Source: a virus
Lineage: Duplodnaviria; Caudoviricetes
DNA: 64,000 nucleotides
Reading direction: 5' to 3' (one strand)
IMG/VR virus record: IMGVR_UViG_3300011577_000001
This document shows positions 1 to 9,885 of this stretch, piece after piece. The translations under genes and the position numbers were made by a program. Within the stretch, counting starts at the first letter, position 1, and the number at the start of each line of letters is the position of its first letter. The notes under the pieces were generated by a model, which saw only the letters and a program-made list of their open reading frames with translations, did no database searches and was not told the origin of the DNA.

Positions 1-886
1 TGATGTCTTCACGTACCGGCATGCCAACCAGGTCTTCGCCGTGCTGACGAGTGAACTCGACACGCGCGCTCAGTTGGTCACCAGCGCCGACTTCGCCCAG
101 GGTGAACGGCTCTTCGGTGCCGCCGAGCTGGTTGTCCATGATGGTGTAGCAGGCCTGGGTGCTGTTGTGCAGCAGGCGGTTGAAGCGGTTCTCGGTGCTG
201 ACTTCGGCTTCGGCCGGGATCACGATGCCACCGGCGTCGTGGACCTGAGCGTTCATGCCGTAGGTGTTGATGACGAACTGCTCCAGAACTTGCCAGTACG
301 ACTTGTTCAGGTAGATGTCACCCGGTACGATGTCGACTTCGACGGTGGTGCCGCCCAGGTTGACGCTGTTCGGGTCCAGCGGCGCACCGCTCGATTCGAT
401 CAGCATGCTGTAGACCGCGATGTGGTCTTGGCCCTGGAAGTTCTCGTGGTAGCAGACCAGGATGCTGGAGAAGGTCACCTTGGACTGGTTGTTGTCCAGT
501 ACCAGGATGTTGAATTCCTTCTTCTGCTGTTCGGTCAGCACTTTGGCGGCGCGTTCTTTCAGACCGGTCTGGATGGTCTGCACGTCTTCGCCGGACATGT
601 TACGAGGAACCGGACGGCGGTGGTTGGCGTTGACGTCGAGGACCGAACGGCCACGGCTGCCGACGCGAGAGTTTTGCTGGTTCATCTGAGCACCTGCGTT
701 GAAAGGTTGTTGCGGTTGAGCGTTACCGCCAGTCGGCTGTTGCTGACCACCGGCTGGTTGTTGTGCTTGCTGGGTCTGATCAGCACCCTGCGGATTGAGG
801 CCTGCTTTCAGCATGGCTTCTGCCATTGCGCTGTTCGCAGGTTGGTTCGACTGGCTCTGGCCAGGTTGGTTACGTTTGACGGACAT
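1..886 (-). CDS. chmA: Chimallin, major phage-nucleus shell protein (partial; C-terminus runs off the window)
   Basis: Not in the ORF track; translated by hand from ATG at 886 (RBS AAAGGAA): MSVKRNQPGQSQ (Q-rich N-terminus)...EFNILVLDNNQSKVTFSSILV...EPFTLGEV...LSARVEFTRQHGEDLVGMPVREDI. This matches my recollection of 201phi2-1 gp105/phiKZ gp54. It lies near the DNA polymerase gene as in phiKZ-like phages and has an early promoter upstream. Confidence 0.88.
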   Translation of the reverse strand, partial: MSVKRNQPGQSQSNQPANSAMAEAMLKAGLNPQGADQTQQAQQPAGGQQQPTGGNAQPQQPFNAGAQMNQQNSRVGSRGRSVLDVNANHRRPVPRNMSGEDVQTIQTGLKERAAKVLTEQQKKEFNILVLDNNQSKVTFSSILVCYHENFQGQDHIAVYSMLIESSGAPLDPNSVNLGGTTVEVDIVPGDIYLNKSYWQVLEQFVINTYGMNAQVHDAGGIVIPAEAEVSTENRFNRLLHNSTQACYTIMDNQLGGTEEPFTLGEVGAGDQLSARVEFTRQHGEDLVGMPVREDI

Positions 887-964
887 CTCGTGTTCCTTTT
901 CATTGGGGTTGAGCACTACGACACACCATTTGCCTATGCTCTATTTATTTACATTGGGCATGGT

Positions 965-995
965 GTCACTTAGGTAATATGTGGGTCAAATCGCT
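965..995 (-). promoter_or_regulatory. Early promoter motif (CATATTAC) upstream of chimallin
   Basis: Minus strand TTTGACCCACATATTACCTAAGTG resembles the phiKZ early motif TATATTAC; about 11 related copies occur in the window. Confidence 0.7.
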
Positions 996-1106
996 TTGAA
1001 TCCAATACCACCAACCGGTTACAAAGATCATGCGCCCATAACGCTAAGTGCCGAAGCACCTAGTTGAGAGCATTCTCCTATAACATAGTGCAGTGTATGT
1101 AAGAAA

Positions 1107-1403
1107 TTACTTTATCCTTACATTGCTGATCAGCGAGTACACGTTAAGTCCTTTCGCCTTTGCAGCTTTTCGAGCTTCCATCTCGGCAGGTAGTTCGAAG
1201 GTTTGCTTGGAGTCAAACACAAACTCCGTGATATCGTGCCCACGGTTATTGCTGATTCCCAACGTCACCCGACGCTCGAACTTCTTCCGGGTCTTCGCAA
1301 CGGCCTTCGCCGGTTCCGAGGCAGCAGGAGTTTGTCCAGTAGTACGGGCAATCTCCAAACGCAGCGCTGCTTCGAAATCCGAGAGTTCTTTGCTAACAAC
1401 CAT
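1107..1403 (-). CDS. Hypothetical early protein (98 aa)
   Basis: RBS AAGGAG; early-promoter variant at ~1457-1480. Confidence 0.7.
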   Translation of the reverse strand: MVVSKELSDFEAALRLEIARTTGQTPAASEPAKAVAKTRKKFERRVTLGISNNRGHDITEFVFDSKQTFELPAEMEARKAAKAKGLNVYSLISNVRIK

Positions 1404-1512
1404 GGTTCAACTCCTTAGTTGAAAAAAGTTTATAAGACAGATTACCTAGTGTCTGTCACGTGGATATTATGTATTTGAAATTCCTTTTAATCAACTCTAA
1501 AGGGCCGCCCCA

Positions 1513-2613
1513 ATGTACAGCCTTTTCAATGAACCGATCTGGGGTACGCAAGGTGCTAACATTACCTTCCCCAAGTATCAGCGCGCTATTCAGGGGCTGC
1601 GCCAGAATCTCGAGAAGGTGATCGAGTACAACCGTACCTATCCACGTGCTGTTGATAGTGGTCACTTCCTCGTGAAATTGCTGCAATCCCTTAACGTACC
1701 ATTATCCATGGACGTCAACATTTACAGGGACCGGGTTGAAGAAGCGGCTGAAGGCGCCAGTATGGCGTTCAACATGACCTCTTCATTATACAGGGGTCGC
1801 GTGTTCAGTCCAGGACTTTTCTATGGGCCGGGGTCTTACGAGATCGTGATTGCCCACTCAGAAGAATTCGATCTGCGGGGAATCGAAGACAACTGGGAAG
1901 ACTTATGTCCTGTGACGTTCCTGACCCATCCCAAAACTGACCTTGGCATGGACACACCCATCGGCTTCCAAACCAACGGCGAGGAAGGTCTGACCATTGT
2001 GTTGGTCAACATCCCGATGCTGGCGGTTCAGTACCGGATGTGGCGTATCCGAGAATGGCACCAGAACAATGAAGCCCAACGGACGATCATGCAGTTCATG
2101 TCTTCGTATCCGTTGAACAACGCTTTACATTCCCAGCTAGACTTGGCGATCCTCAACCGGTTCATGGCGGTTTACCGTGGTGATCCTCGAGGAATGTCCA
2201 TGGTTCGAAAACCCTACACCCTGACACGCTGGGAAGCAGAGTTGGACTTTGGTCTGGACCAGTACGCCGAGGACTTGCAGAAACGTAAGTACACCTTCGA
2301 TCACTTCCTCTCTGTGTTCAAGGGAGTGTCGTCGTGGACCCTGCGTGATGCTATTCGTATTCCTCGGATGGTACCAACCCGACAGGTTACTTGGGCGTTG
2401 GCAATGTCCAGGGCTCGTGTAGTGGACTTCCTGTTGGATTGGACCAAAGAGAACAACGTTGACCGCAACAAAGGTTACTGTAACGACATCCAGTTGGAGA
2501 CTTCCAGAATGCTCAATGACAGTGCTCTTCGCAGTTCCCTCCCGCGCTGGGCATATCCGGCATGGGAAGACCTCTTTAAAGAGATCGTCGCCAAAGCTAA
2601 AAGCGTCCGCTAG
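1513..2613 (+). CDS. Conserved phiKZ-like protein (gp52-like position), putative virion protein
   Basis: 366-aa ORF between chimallin and the DNA polymerase, on the opposite strand, matching phiKZ synteny; ends at a hairpin terminator. Confidence 0.7.
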   Translation: MYSLFNEPIWGTQGANITFPKYQRAIQGLRQNLEKVIEYNRTYPRAVDSGHFLVKLLQSLNVPLSMDVNIYRDRVEEAAEGASMAFNMTSSLYRGRVFSPGLFYGPGSYEIVIAHSEEFDLRGIEDNWEDLCPVTFLTHPKTDLGMDTPIGFQTNGEEGLTIVLVNIPMLAVQYRMWRIREWHQNNEAQRTIMQFMSSYPLNNALHSQLDLAILNRFMAVYRGDPRGMSMVRKPYTLTRWEAELDFGLDQYAEDLQKRKYTFDHFLSVFKGVSSWTLRDAIRIPRMVPTRQVTWALAMSRARVVDFLLDWTKENNVDRNKGYCNDIQLETSRMLNDSALRSSLPRWAYPAWEDLFKEIVAKAKSVR

Positions 2614-2614
2614 A

Positions 2615-2658
2615 GAAACGGGGAAGCCGCAAGGCCTCCCCGTTTCCCTTTATGCCGC
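2615..2658. terminator. Hairpin terminator between convergent genes
   Basis: GAAACGGGGA-AGCC-GCAA-GGCC-TCCCCGTTTC followed by CCTTTATGCCG. Confidence 0.7.
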
Positions 2659-4878
2659 GGTAGACGCTGGAACAAAGTCCGAAACCAACTTGGTATTATT
2701 GTCGTTAGACAAGAACACGCCGAGCGATTCCAAGATCAGATAGAACGGTCGGACTGTAGAGTATACCAGTTTGCGAATGTTCATTGCTGACAGCACTTCT
2801 TTTGGTAGACCTGTCAACTCCACTACGTCCTTAGGCAGCAGCAACGTGGTAGCGTTGGTTTTGCCAGCGTAAGTCGCAGTAAGGGTTTCTTTGATCTGCG
2901 GATCTTCGATACCATCCAACCAGAGTTGCAGTGCCGTTTTGTTCGGCAGGTCGAGGGATACCTTGATCGCTTGGTACGGCGGCTTTGGAGCCTCGCCGTA
3001 TTTTGGACGGAACACTCGCTCCCACAGGAGGTAGTGTTGGTATGGTGACTGGCCTGGGTTTGCATAAGCAGCCGGGTCTTTCACCGAAGTCCGTGCCAGG
3101 TAAGTCGATTCAGCACGCATCACAGAACCGATAATGCCGTGTTCGATATCTGCCACACGTTGCATGATCTCGGTGATGCTGATCTTCTTACCGTCGATTA
3201 CAGTATCCATGATCTCGCACATGGTGGCCGTAACCTGTTTCATGATTGCTGGAGGACAGTTCGAGTCTTTGAGGTAAACCCCTTTGATCTCTTCTTCCAA
3301 CTCAGCAAACACGTTCCCTTCTTTGGCTGCCTTGTAGGCGTAGTAATGCTTAGCCATCGAAGTCAGCGAGAACACCGAGAAAGCAAACTCGTTCTTCATC
3401 GCCAGTACGTTCAGCTTGTCTGGTACCACACCGAGTGTAGTCGACAGCATAGCCAACACGTGGATGATCGACTGCGTAGCCAGGTAAACCATGGTGTAGT
3501 CCACGGCAAAAGCGGTTTCGCTAAAGTCAATCTTACCGGTGTACCACTCAACCCAGTTCTGCACGGTGAAGATCGTGGAGTCTGTGTCGGAGGTGATCGC
3601 AACGTGACGGACAGAATCTCGAATCCATGCAACCGAAGCAGGCATGTTGTCGGATACCCAAAACGCTTTGATCAGGTACTGGTAGTCGTTCAGTACAGCG
3701 TGGATGTTCTTGATGGTCGCACCGATCAAGCAGTAGTTCGCAGGATTGACTTCCAACAAACGACCCAGACCCAAGCCTTGTAGCTCCTTAGCGCACAGGA
3801 GGCTCACAAACGCTTTTAAGTCTGCATCCATACCCTTGACATAGACTTTCGCTTCTTCAAGCTCCAGCGGCACCTCAGCCTTCATAGAGAGGCGTGCCAT
3901 GAACACCCGCATTGGTCCGTCGTTGTACTTCGCTAGATGCCAGCAATCGCCGACATACGCAAAGGCCGAACGTTGCAGATCGTTCATCCCTTCAACCAGC
4001 TTACGGATTTCCGCAATCTGACTTTTGTTGTTCCAGTAGTGGTGGGTGGAGTACAGGATCAGCTCCATGACTTCATCCACGGTCGGAGCACGGAAACCGT
4101 ACAGCGACATGGCTTTCTCGATCAACTCATAGTCAACATGACCAATGATGCTGACGATGTTAGCCTTCACTACATCAGGACACCAGTAGTGACGGTTACC
4201 GGCCAAGAACTTCTCGTTGTTGGCGTTCCCCAAACTGGTAGCCACTCGACAGGTCGAAGTCAGGCTCGAGTGAGCAGACTTGTTGTGCAGAATGGTGGAG
4301 GTCGACGCCTGTGCCCCGGACAGACTGTTGTTGGCAATCTTGTACGTAGTCTGTTCGTTCTCCTTGAGTTCCGCCAGTTCTTCCATCTGAGTGGCGTGTC
4401 TGCGAAACTTTGCCGCGGCAACGGTATCGCCTGATTTCTCAGCCTCGGCTGCTTTCAGGTTCGATTCTTGTTGCTCCATCTGTGCATTGTGACCTTCCTT
4501 CTTCACAGCACCCCGGCCGACGATGTTACCGGTGATGTATTCCGACAACAGGGACGGAATAACGTCTGGGTGTTCGTACACAGTCATGGACGGTGCAAAC
4601 AACCAGTTGTTGTCCTTGATGTCCTTGAGGTAAGTTGAGTAGGTCATCTCCGTACGCTCACGGTCACCGACTTTGTTGCGGTGCAGGCAGTACAGAGCTG
4701 GGTCTTTGATCTCGAATTTACCACCAGGACCTGTCACGCGATGAATGTAAGCCTGACAGTCTTCCAACGGCTTCCCCGTACGGACATGCAAGAATATCGC
4801 CATGTCTCGACGGTAGTTAGCCAGAATATCGAGGTCTCGCTTATAAGCGGACGCTGGCTTGATGAAATGGTTTTCCAT
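2650..4878 (-). CDS. Family-B DNA polymerase, polymerase subunit (phiKZ gp50-like)
   Basis: Motif B-like KIANNSLSG, motif C TSDTDSTIF, AKHYY; no exonuclease domain recognised, consistent with the split polymerase of phiKZ-like phages. Start placed at MENHF after RBS GGGAG. Confidence 0.88.
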   Translation of the reverse strand: MENHFIKPASAYKRDLDILANYRRDMAIFLHVRTGKPLEDCQAYIHRVTGPGGKFEIKDPALYCLHRNKVGDRERTEMTYSTYLKDIKDNNWLFAPSMTVYEHPDVIPSLLSEYITGNIVGRGAVKKEGHNAQMEQQESNLKAAEAEKSGDTVAAAKFRRHATQMEELAELKENEQTTYKIANNSLSGAQASTSTILHNKSAHSSLTSTCRVATSLGNANNEKFLAGNRHYWCPDVVKANIVSIIGHVDYELIEKAMSLYGFRAPTVDEVMELILYSTHHYWNNKSQIAEIRKLVEGMNDLQRSAFAYVGDCWHLAKYNDGPMRVFMARLSMKAEVPLELEEAKVYVKGMDADLKAFVSLLCAKELQGLGLGRLLEVNPANYCLIGATIKNIHAVLNDYQYLIKAFWVSDNMPASVAWIRDSVRHVAITSDTDSTIFTVQNWVEWYTGKIDFSETAFAVDYTMVYLATQSIIHVLAMLSTTLGVVPDKLNVLAMKNEFAFSVFSLTSMAKHYYAYKAAKEGNVFAELEEEIKGVYLKDSNCPPAIMKQVTATMCEIMDTVIDGKKISITEIMQRVADIEHGIIGSVMRAESTYLARTSVKDPAAYANPGQSPYQHYLLWERVFRPKYGEAPKPPYQAIKVSLDLPNKTALQLWLDGIEDPQIKETLTATYAGKTNATTLLLPKDVVELTGLPKEVLSAMNIRKLVYSTVRPFYLILESLGVFLSNDNNTKLVSDFVPASTAA

Positions 4879-4970
4879 TAGTGCTCCCGAAAGCGGTAGT
4901 CCCACATTCTATTACCCACGGACAGATTTAAATACAGACGTCATAAAAGGAGGCCGAAGCCTCCCTCTAT

Positions 4971-5588
4971 TTATTCCTCAGCGGAACCTTCTTGCTCTGC
5001 AACCACATTCGCCATATCGACGTTGATGGTCCACTCTTCGAAGAGCTTGCCGATGTGGGCTTTCTCTTCTTCGGTGCGTTGGGCAGGTTGGTTCACGATC
5101 ACTTCTTTCAGTGGGAACGGGAACTTTGGCAGCTCGGTCCCTTCGGACTTCACTTCCAGATCAATCTTGATCCATGGGTGACGCTCACCGCTCTGGGTGG
5201 TATACACGTCCACTTCCCATTTCAGGTCGGTACCTTCGATGTTGAAGAAGTACCGGGTCTTGTTCAGGCCTTTGTCGGCGAACATGCGGAAGAGATCGAA
5301 GTAGTCCTTGGTGCAGATCTGTTCGACTTCCCGCTTACCGAGTTCGGCGGAGAACTTGGCCTTGACGCACATGTGGTACACGTTGTCGTTGATGGCCCGT
5401 ACGCGACACTGAGCGAAGTTACCCTCACCACGATCGCGGTAAGATTCCCATTGCTCTTGTTTCTCCTGGCCGTCGGCCTGTTCCAGGAAACTCCAATCCT
5501 CTACACGAGCAAAGAACGTGTATTCGATTTCTTGTTGGACTTGCCCGTTGGCTTCATCCTCGAGCGAAATCCTCAAACGCTTCAACAT
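4971..5588 (-). CDS. CYTH (triphosphate tunnel metalloenzyme)-like protein, probably head-associated
   Basis: EIE, RVR, REVE, KTRY, WEVD and DLEV motifs in CYTH order; N-terminal ISLE is a possible prohead-protease site. Confidence 0.7.
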   Translation of the reverse strand: MLKRLRISLEDEANGQVQQEIEYTFFARVEDWSFLEQADGQEKQEQWESYRDRGEGNFAQCRVRAINDNVYHMCVKAKFSAELGKREVEQICTKDYFDLFRMFADKGLNKTRYFFNIEGTDLKWEVDVYTTQSGERHPWIKIDLEVKSEGTELPKFPFPLKEVIVNQPAQRTEEEKAHIGKLFEEWTINVDMANVVAEQEGSAEE

Positions 5589-5636
5589 TGTCCATCCCTC
5601 GCAAAAAAAAAAAGAGCTAGGGCCGAAGCCCTGTAC

Positions 5637-6050
5637 TCAGAGTGGTTTCGCCGACAGTTCCACGTGATCGTATCCGTTCGCCGCCAACAACGCCAGGATG
5701 TGCTCGTAGTCATCAGGTTTGACTTGAGAGATCTTGGCGTAGAGGGTTTCGAAGTTCATGGATACGATGGTGGATTCCCTGATCCATGGCAAGCCGAGGA
5801 TTTCGAACTCGCCAGAGGGATGTTGAATGCGCACGTACATGTACGCAGTCGGATCGTCCGGCGTACCGGCTGGGAGTGAGGGATAAACGTTGACGTGTTT
5901 CTCCTGCACGCTGAGCCCCAGAGCACGAGCCGTGGTGTCGTCGATGATGCCCAACACTTTCACGTTCTTGTAGCTCGAAGGGAGCGCAGCGGCAGGGTAG
6001 ACTGAAAACGAGACAGTGCTCTTGGGGATCAGTAAGTCCTGGGTAGCCAT
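5637..6050 (-). CDS. Conserved hypothetical protein (possible SH3-like fold)
   Basis: 137-aa ORF with RBS AAGGAG in the block upstream of the polymerase; G-L-P-W-I motif. Confidence 0.6.
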   Translation of the reverse strand: MATQDLLIPKSTVSFSVYPAAALPSSYKNVKVLGIIDDTTARALGLSVQEKHVNVYPSLPAGTPDDPTAYMYVRIQHPSGEFEILGLPWIRESTIVSMNFETLYAKISQVKPDDYEHILALLAANGYDHVELSAKPL

Positions 6051-6397
6051 GGGAAGTAGGTCTCCTTGAACTCGACGAAGATCAAGCCTCGTCCGTTCAA
6101 TACTTTAATAGAAAGAAGAGGACCTCTTACCATTGATTGCCAGAACCGTTCCCGCCTGATTCCTTCCACCAGATCCCAAAACAACTGGAATTGCTCGTGG
6201 TCGTACTCAGGGATATCGTAGTCATGCGGATCTACGATACCCAGAACAATGCTGATTAGCAGCTCAAGGTATTCAGTGCGCTCTTCATCATAAGGTGTAT
6301 CCTCATAATGATTCCCCTCCAAACAGGAAGAACGCAAAACCCCGTACTGCTTTAGAGCCTCCGCCAGGCTGTGTGACACGAAGGCAACTCGACCCAC
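6029..6397 (-). CDS. Hypothetical protein
   Basis: GTG start with RBS GAGG; tightly packed operon. Confidence 0.6.
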   Translation of the reverse strand: MGRVAFVSHSLAEALKQYGVLRSSCLEGNHYEDTPYDEERTEYLELLISIVLGIVDPHDYDIPEYDHEQFQLFWDLVEGIRRERFWQSMVRGPLLSIKVLNGRGLIFVEFKETYFPWLPRTY

Positions 6398-6405
6398 GAT
6401 GACCT

Positions 6406-6762
6406 CTACTTAGTAGCCACCACCATTACGGTCTGGCTAACGAGTGCTTGGAAACGGTAGTTTAACTTACCGGATTCATCGTACAGGCGCATCTGACGCA
6501 TGCACTTCTGCAACCCGTTAGCCAGGTTCTGGAGTGCATCCACCATGATGTCACCATCGAACCCTGAACCGCCTTCGCGGAGATTCAGTTCACGGTGCGA
6601 CTCGATGTAAGCGGTAAGTGTGTTCATGTTATTACTATCGTGCAAATGATTAATTACATCAGACACGATTGTTTTCAGATCATAGTCCACCACAGACATT
6701 CGTGCTACGGCGGCTTGGAACTGACTTAAAACATGGACACTGTTGAGAGCACAAGTAAGCAT
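6406..6762 (-). CDS. Hypothetical protein
   Basis: RBS GAGGA; operon packing. Confidence 0.65.
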   Translation of the reverse strand: MLTCALNSVHVLSQFQAAVARMSVVDYDLKTIVSDVINHLHDSNNMNTLTAYIESHRELNLREGGSGFDGDIMVDALQNLANGLQKCMRQMRLYDESGKLNYRFQALVSQTVMVVATK

Positions 6763-6797
6763 GGGAAATCCTCGTCATAAAGCGAGGGCCAATGCCC

Positions 6798-7214
6798 TCA
6801 TCGAAATGGTTCAATCAAGATGTTGTTTCCGATCCATCTGCGGATCTCGTGATAACCATAGTTGGGTAGTGGGGTATAGCAGTTAACCATACTTACTACG
6901 CGGTCATGAATTTCACTGGCCAGTGCGGTAAGCTGGTGTATCTCGATAGCCTCACTGTCCGTAAGCTCGGTTTGAGCATTAGGACGGTGTGCTATAAAGT
7001 AGTCGGACATGACAGCCAACGTCGACCACATGGTGGGTCGTTTATCAAACGATTGGTTGAGGTCCGACAGGGAGAACGATAACTCGACTAAGCCCTTCAC
7101 GCTGAGCTGGTGCTCAGCGAGATAGCTTTCGAGGTGATCGTACTCTTTGACAATTCGTTCGACGGGAACGAGGATATGTTCATTTTGCACGATAACCAAT
7201 CCTTCCATATCCAC
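6798..7214 (-). CDS. Hypothetical protein
   Basis: RBS GAGGAG; operon packing. Confidence 0.65.
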   Translation of the reverse strand: MDMEGLVIVQNEHILVPVERIVKEYDHLESYLAEHQLSVKGLVELSFSLSDLNQSFDKRPTMWSTLAVMSDYFIAHRPNAQTELTDSEAIEIHQLTALASEIHDRVVSMVNCYTPLPNYGYHEIRRWIGNNILIEPFR

Positions 7215-7234
7215 TCTCCTCAGAGTGTGTCAGG

Positions 7235-7666
7235 TTAGTAGATGTCTATTAAGTACCCGCGATCAGTGTGCTTGAGGTCAAACGACCAATCACGGTTCCG
7301 CATCAACTTGCCAACGTACTGTCTGGCAATGCGACGAGTTAGCCCATACACGTACTCGTAATGCCGAAGCATCCGGTGATCATTGTGAAAGGCATAATAC
7401 TCGTCGTTGCACATGTTGTCGACCAACACCTCATCCATCGCCATGACCAGACTTTCGTCGTACGCCATTGGATCGTGGGTCAACTCACCATGTAGCACAT
7501 TCAGAATGAAATCTGCCCGACCCATGCCGAGCATGTTCAGAATGCGCTGCTCCATCACTGGAAAATGCGAATCGGGGATATAGATGTACACGATATCTTT
7601 CTCAGATGTCGGTGAGGTATCCAGTAATCCCAAGCTGTCGACGAAGTTCCTCAGGATACCAGTCAC
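7235..7666 (-). CDS. Hypothetical protein (start uncertain)
   Basis: ORF overlapping the upstream gene; RBS AAGGAG near the GTG. Confidence 0.55.
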   Translation of the reverse strand: MTGILRNFVDSLGLLDTSPTSEKDIVYIYIPDSHFPVMEQRILNMLGMGRADFILNVLHGELTHDPMAYDESLVMAMDEVLVDNMCNDEYYAFHNDHRMLRHYEYVYGLTRRIARQYVGKLMRNRDWSFDLKHTDRGYLIDIY

Positions 7667-8108
7667 CTTTGTCCACTCCTTCTTGTATCTGTCGACGCAA
7701 TACGTCAGTCGGGTTCTCAGGGCGACTGCGTGCTAGTTGATGGATCACCACGTCTCCGCGTGGGGTCAAATCAAAGTCCCAACTCCAGTCTTCTACTTCC
7801 ACTTGTACCAATGACCACACATACTTCTTAATGGAGTCAATGGCTTCTTCGAGCATATCCTCGACTTGGTCAACAGGAATCCGATCGCTATATGACTGAA
7901 TGTAGTTGACCAAGCTTTGGTAGTTCGACATTACGTTTCCATAGAAAACGTTTTCCACTAACCCGAAGTAGAAACCACTCAGGTCAATGAACTTGGCTTG
8001 GGCGCCCAAGTATTCAGCTAGGCGCCCCTCCAATTGTCTAATGACAGGAGCCCCAGGGATGACAGTTGACGCCACGAGAGTTACTCCAATCCCAAATCCG
8101 GTAGTCAC
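7602..8108 (-). CDS. Hypothetical protein (start uncertain)
   Basis: ORF within a co-oriented operon. Confidence 0.55.
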   Translation of the reverse strand: MTTGFGIGVTLVASTVIPGAPVIRQLEGRLAEYLGAQAKFIDLSGFYFGLVENVFYGNVMSNYQSLVNYIQSYSDRIPVDQVEDMLEEAIDSIKKYVWSLVQVEVEDWSWDFDLTPRGDVVIHQLARSRPENPTDVLRRQIQEGVDKGDWYPEELRRQLGITGYLTDI

Positions 8109-8556
8109 CTTTACGCTCCAGAATCAAGTTATAACCGAACTCCTTGATTTCGAACACATCCCAGCTCGGTTGATCGCCGAAGTACTTACCGAAGATCTGA
8201 TTGATCAGACATTCGATTGGGTCACCAACGGCATCTACAAACATAGCTTTAAATTGCGGATGTAGATATTCATCGTTTGGACACAAGCGAGCCATTGCTC
8301 CCGCCCGGTGGCCACGTTCGATGAACTCTTTCGGGAACGGGCCAAAAGCACGGGTGAGTTTCTTCTCCCGTGTTTCAATCTCCCACCAAGGTAGCCAACT
8401 ACGCAGTTGTTGGAGCACCATCGCTTTGGCCAAGAGTATGCACTTTGGCCGTGTTGCTGCCGGGATCAAGTGGTGCGCACCGATCTCCAAGTAGAAGTTA
8501 TCAAGCCTGTACTTCAGTTGCAGCGCAATGGTTTCTACTGGATACAAGAAGTTCAT
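8038..8556 (-). CDS. Hypothetical protein
   Basis: RBS GAGG; operon packing. Confidence 0.6.
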   Translation of the reverse strand: MNFLYPVETIALQLKYRLDNFYLEIGAHHLIPAATRPKCILLAKAMVLQQLRSWLPWWEIETREKKLTRAFGPFPKEFIERGHRAGAMARLCPNDEYLHPQFKAMFVDAVGDPIECLINQIFGKYFGDQPSWDVFEIKEFGYNLILERKGDYRIWDWSNSRGVNCHPWGSCH

Positions 8557-8563
8557 GCCAACC

Positions 8564-8914
8564 TCATTTACTGAACAAGTACAACCCAGTTGTGAGGATC
8601 TCCAAACGAAGTTCTCCTTCCGGGATGTGATGGTAACCGCATGAGGTTATCAATTTGAACAAACGCTCTCGAAGTAGGTTAGACGAATCCATGTCGTGGA
8701 TAGTTCTCAGAACAGGAACCGAAGTCTCCTGTTTAATGCTGAGTAGTGTACAGGATTCGATTACATCGATAACCCATGCACGTTCTATCACACCGACTGT
8801 AGTCATGAAATCGCATCCAGGAAACAGATCGCGATTCTTCGAGAGAGCCTGCACAACCTCACCATGTATCAACGGTTGTATGTTGCGATAATCCGCAACC
8901 AATTGAAGGCCCAT
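8564..8914 (-). CDS. Hypothetical protein, first gene of an early operon
   Basis: RBS AAGGT; early-promoter variant TATATTATCC at ~8941-8965. Confidence 0.65.
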   Translation of the reverse strand: MGLQLVADYRNIQPLIHGEVVQALSKNRDLFPGCDFMTTVGVIERAWVIDVIESCTLLSIKQETSVPVLRTIHDMDSSNLLRERLFKLITSCGYHHIPEGELRLEILTTGLYLFSK

Positions 8915-9064
8915 AGTTTCTTACCTTTCTGAAGGTTAGTCACTTGGATAATATAGGTCTAAAACTTATTGGGATGGCGTCTATGACGCTTTCTCTATAG
9001 GATCAGGGGTATGTGTCAATTTAAACAGTCTGTTGCTTAAAACGCAAAATAGACGGCATAAAAG

Positions 9065-9710
9065 GTAAATCCCCACAACGCACCCCGCGGACACGAGGAG
9101 CGCCGTGGGGCGCCTCACCAACAACACAAGGTCCGCTTAGGAGGACGGACATGAAGCGACACCCGGATCGCTTCCCTAAACACACTCAGTCAAGGTCGGC
9201 CGCCAGAGAACCGAGAGTGTTTAAGGCTGCGGTCAAGACGCTAAATCCCGTCGATGGTTAACGGGAGGGTCTACAACAACAACTTGTGGGATTCGCCGTC
9301 CCACCAGACCTTTTCAGTTACTTAGCACTTGCGAGGCGCTAAGTACTTCCTTACTGCCCCTGTGATGGAAGGTCTAGGTACACAGGAGTCCTACCCTAAC
9401 ACGGGTTGGATTACACGCACAAGGCGACAAGCCGCGCTCGCAGCGGCCGCCGTGCAGGTGTCAAGCAGCTTTCGCCCTTTGGGCTGTCTACACTTACAGG
9501 ATGACTCGGTTCTTAGCCAAGGTCCTGATTTGGGGTTCTGTCCTGAAAGTAGTAACAGTTCCTACGACACTGGGGTTTAATCCAGGAAAGCTCAACTCAA
9601 GAGTGAGTGGGGAAGCCGAAACCTCCCAGACAGTTAATGGCCCGACGGGGTGGGGTCCTGTCCAAGGTTAGGGTAGATTAGCTCCTAACCAAGACTTTCG
9701 ATACACTCAC
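9065..9710 (-). ncRNA. Candidate large structured RNA(s) downstream of tRNA-Leu
   Basis: About 650 nt with no credible ORF; many hairpins; GNRA/UUCG loops read on the minus strand; ends at a hairpin followed by TTTTATGCCG. Confidence 0.5.
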
Positions 9711-9713
9711 GTT

Positions 9714-9800
9714 TGGTACCCGAAGTCGGACTCGAACCGACATGGCTCAAGGCCGTCGCATTTTAAGTGCGGTGCGTCTCACCAATTTCACCATTCGGGC
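9714..9800 (-). tRNA. tRNA-Leu(TAA)
   Basis: Acceptor GCCCGAA/TTCGGGT, loop CT-TAA-AA, long variable arm, TTCGAGT, encoded CCA. Confidence 0.9.
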
Positions 9801-9885
9801 AAATGGGTGCCTTCTCTACTTTGCCAGGTAAGGGTTCTTTGTTTCCACGCGCAGATCCACTCATTGACGAGAGAAGACATTGAAA

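Noticed and set aside
41-973. 310-aa plus-strand ORF
   Set aside because: Antisense shadow of chimallin, which has the RBS, promoter and family similarity.
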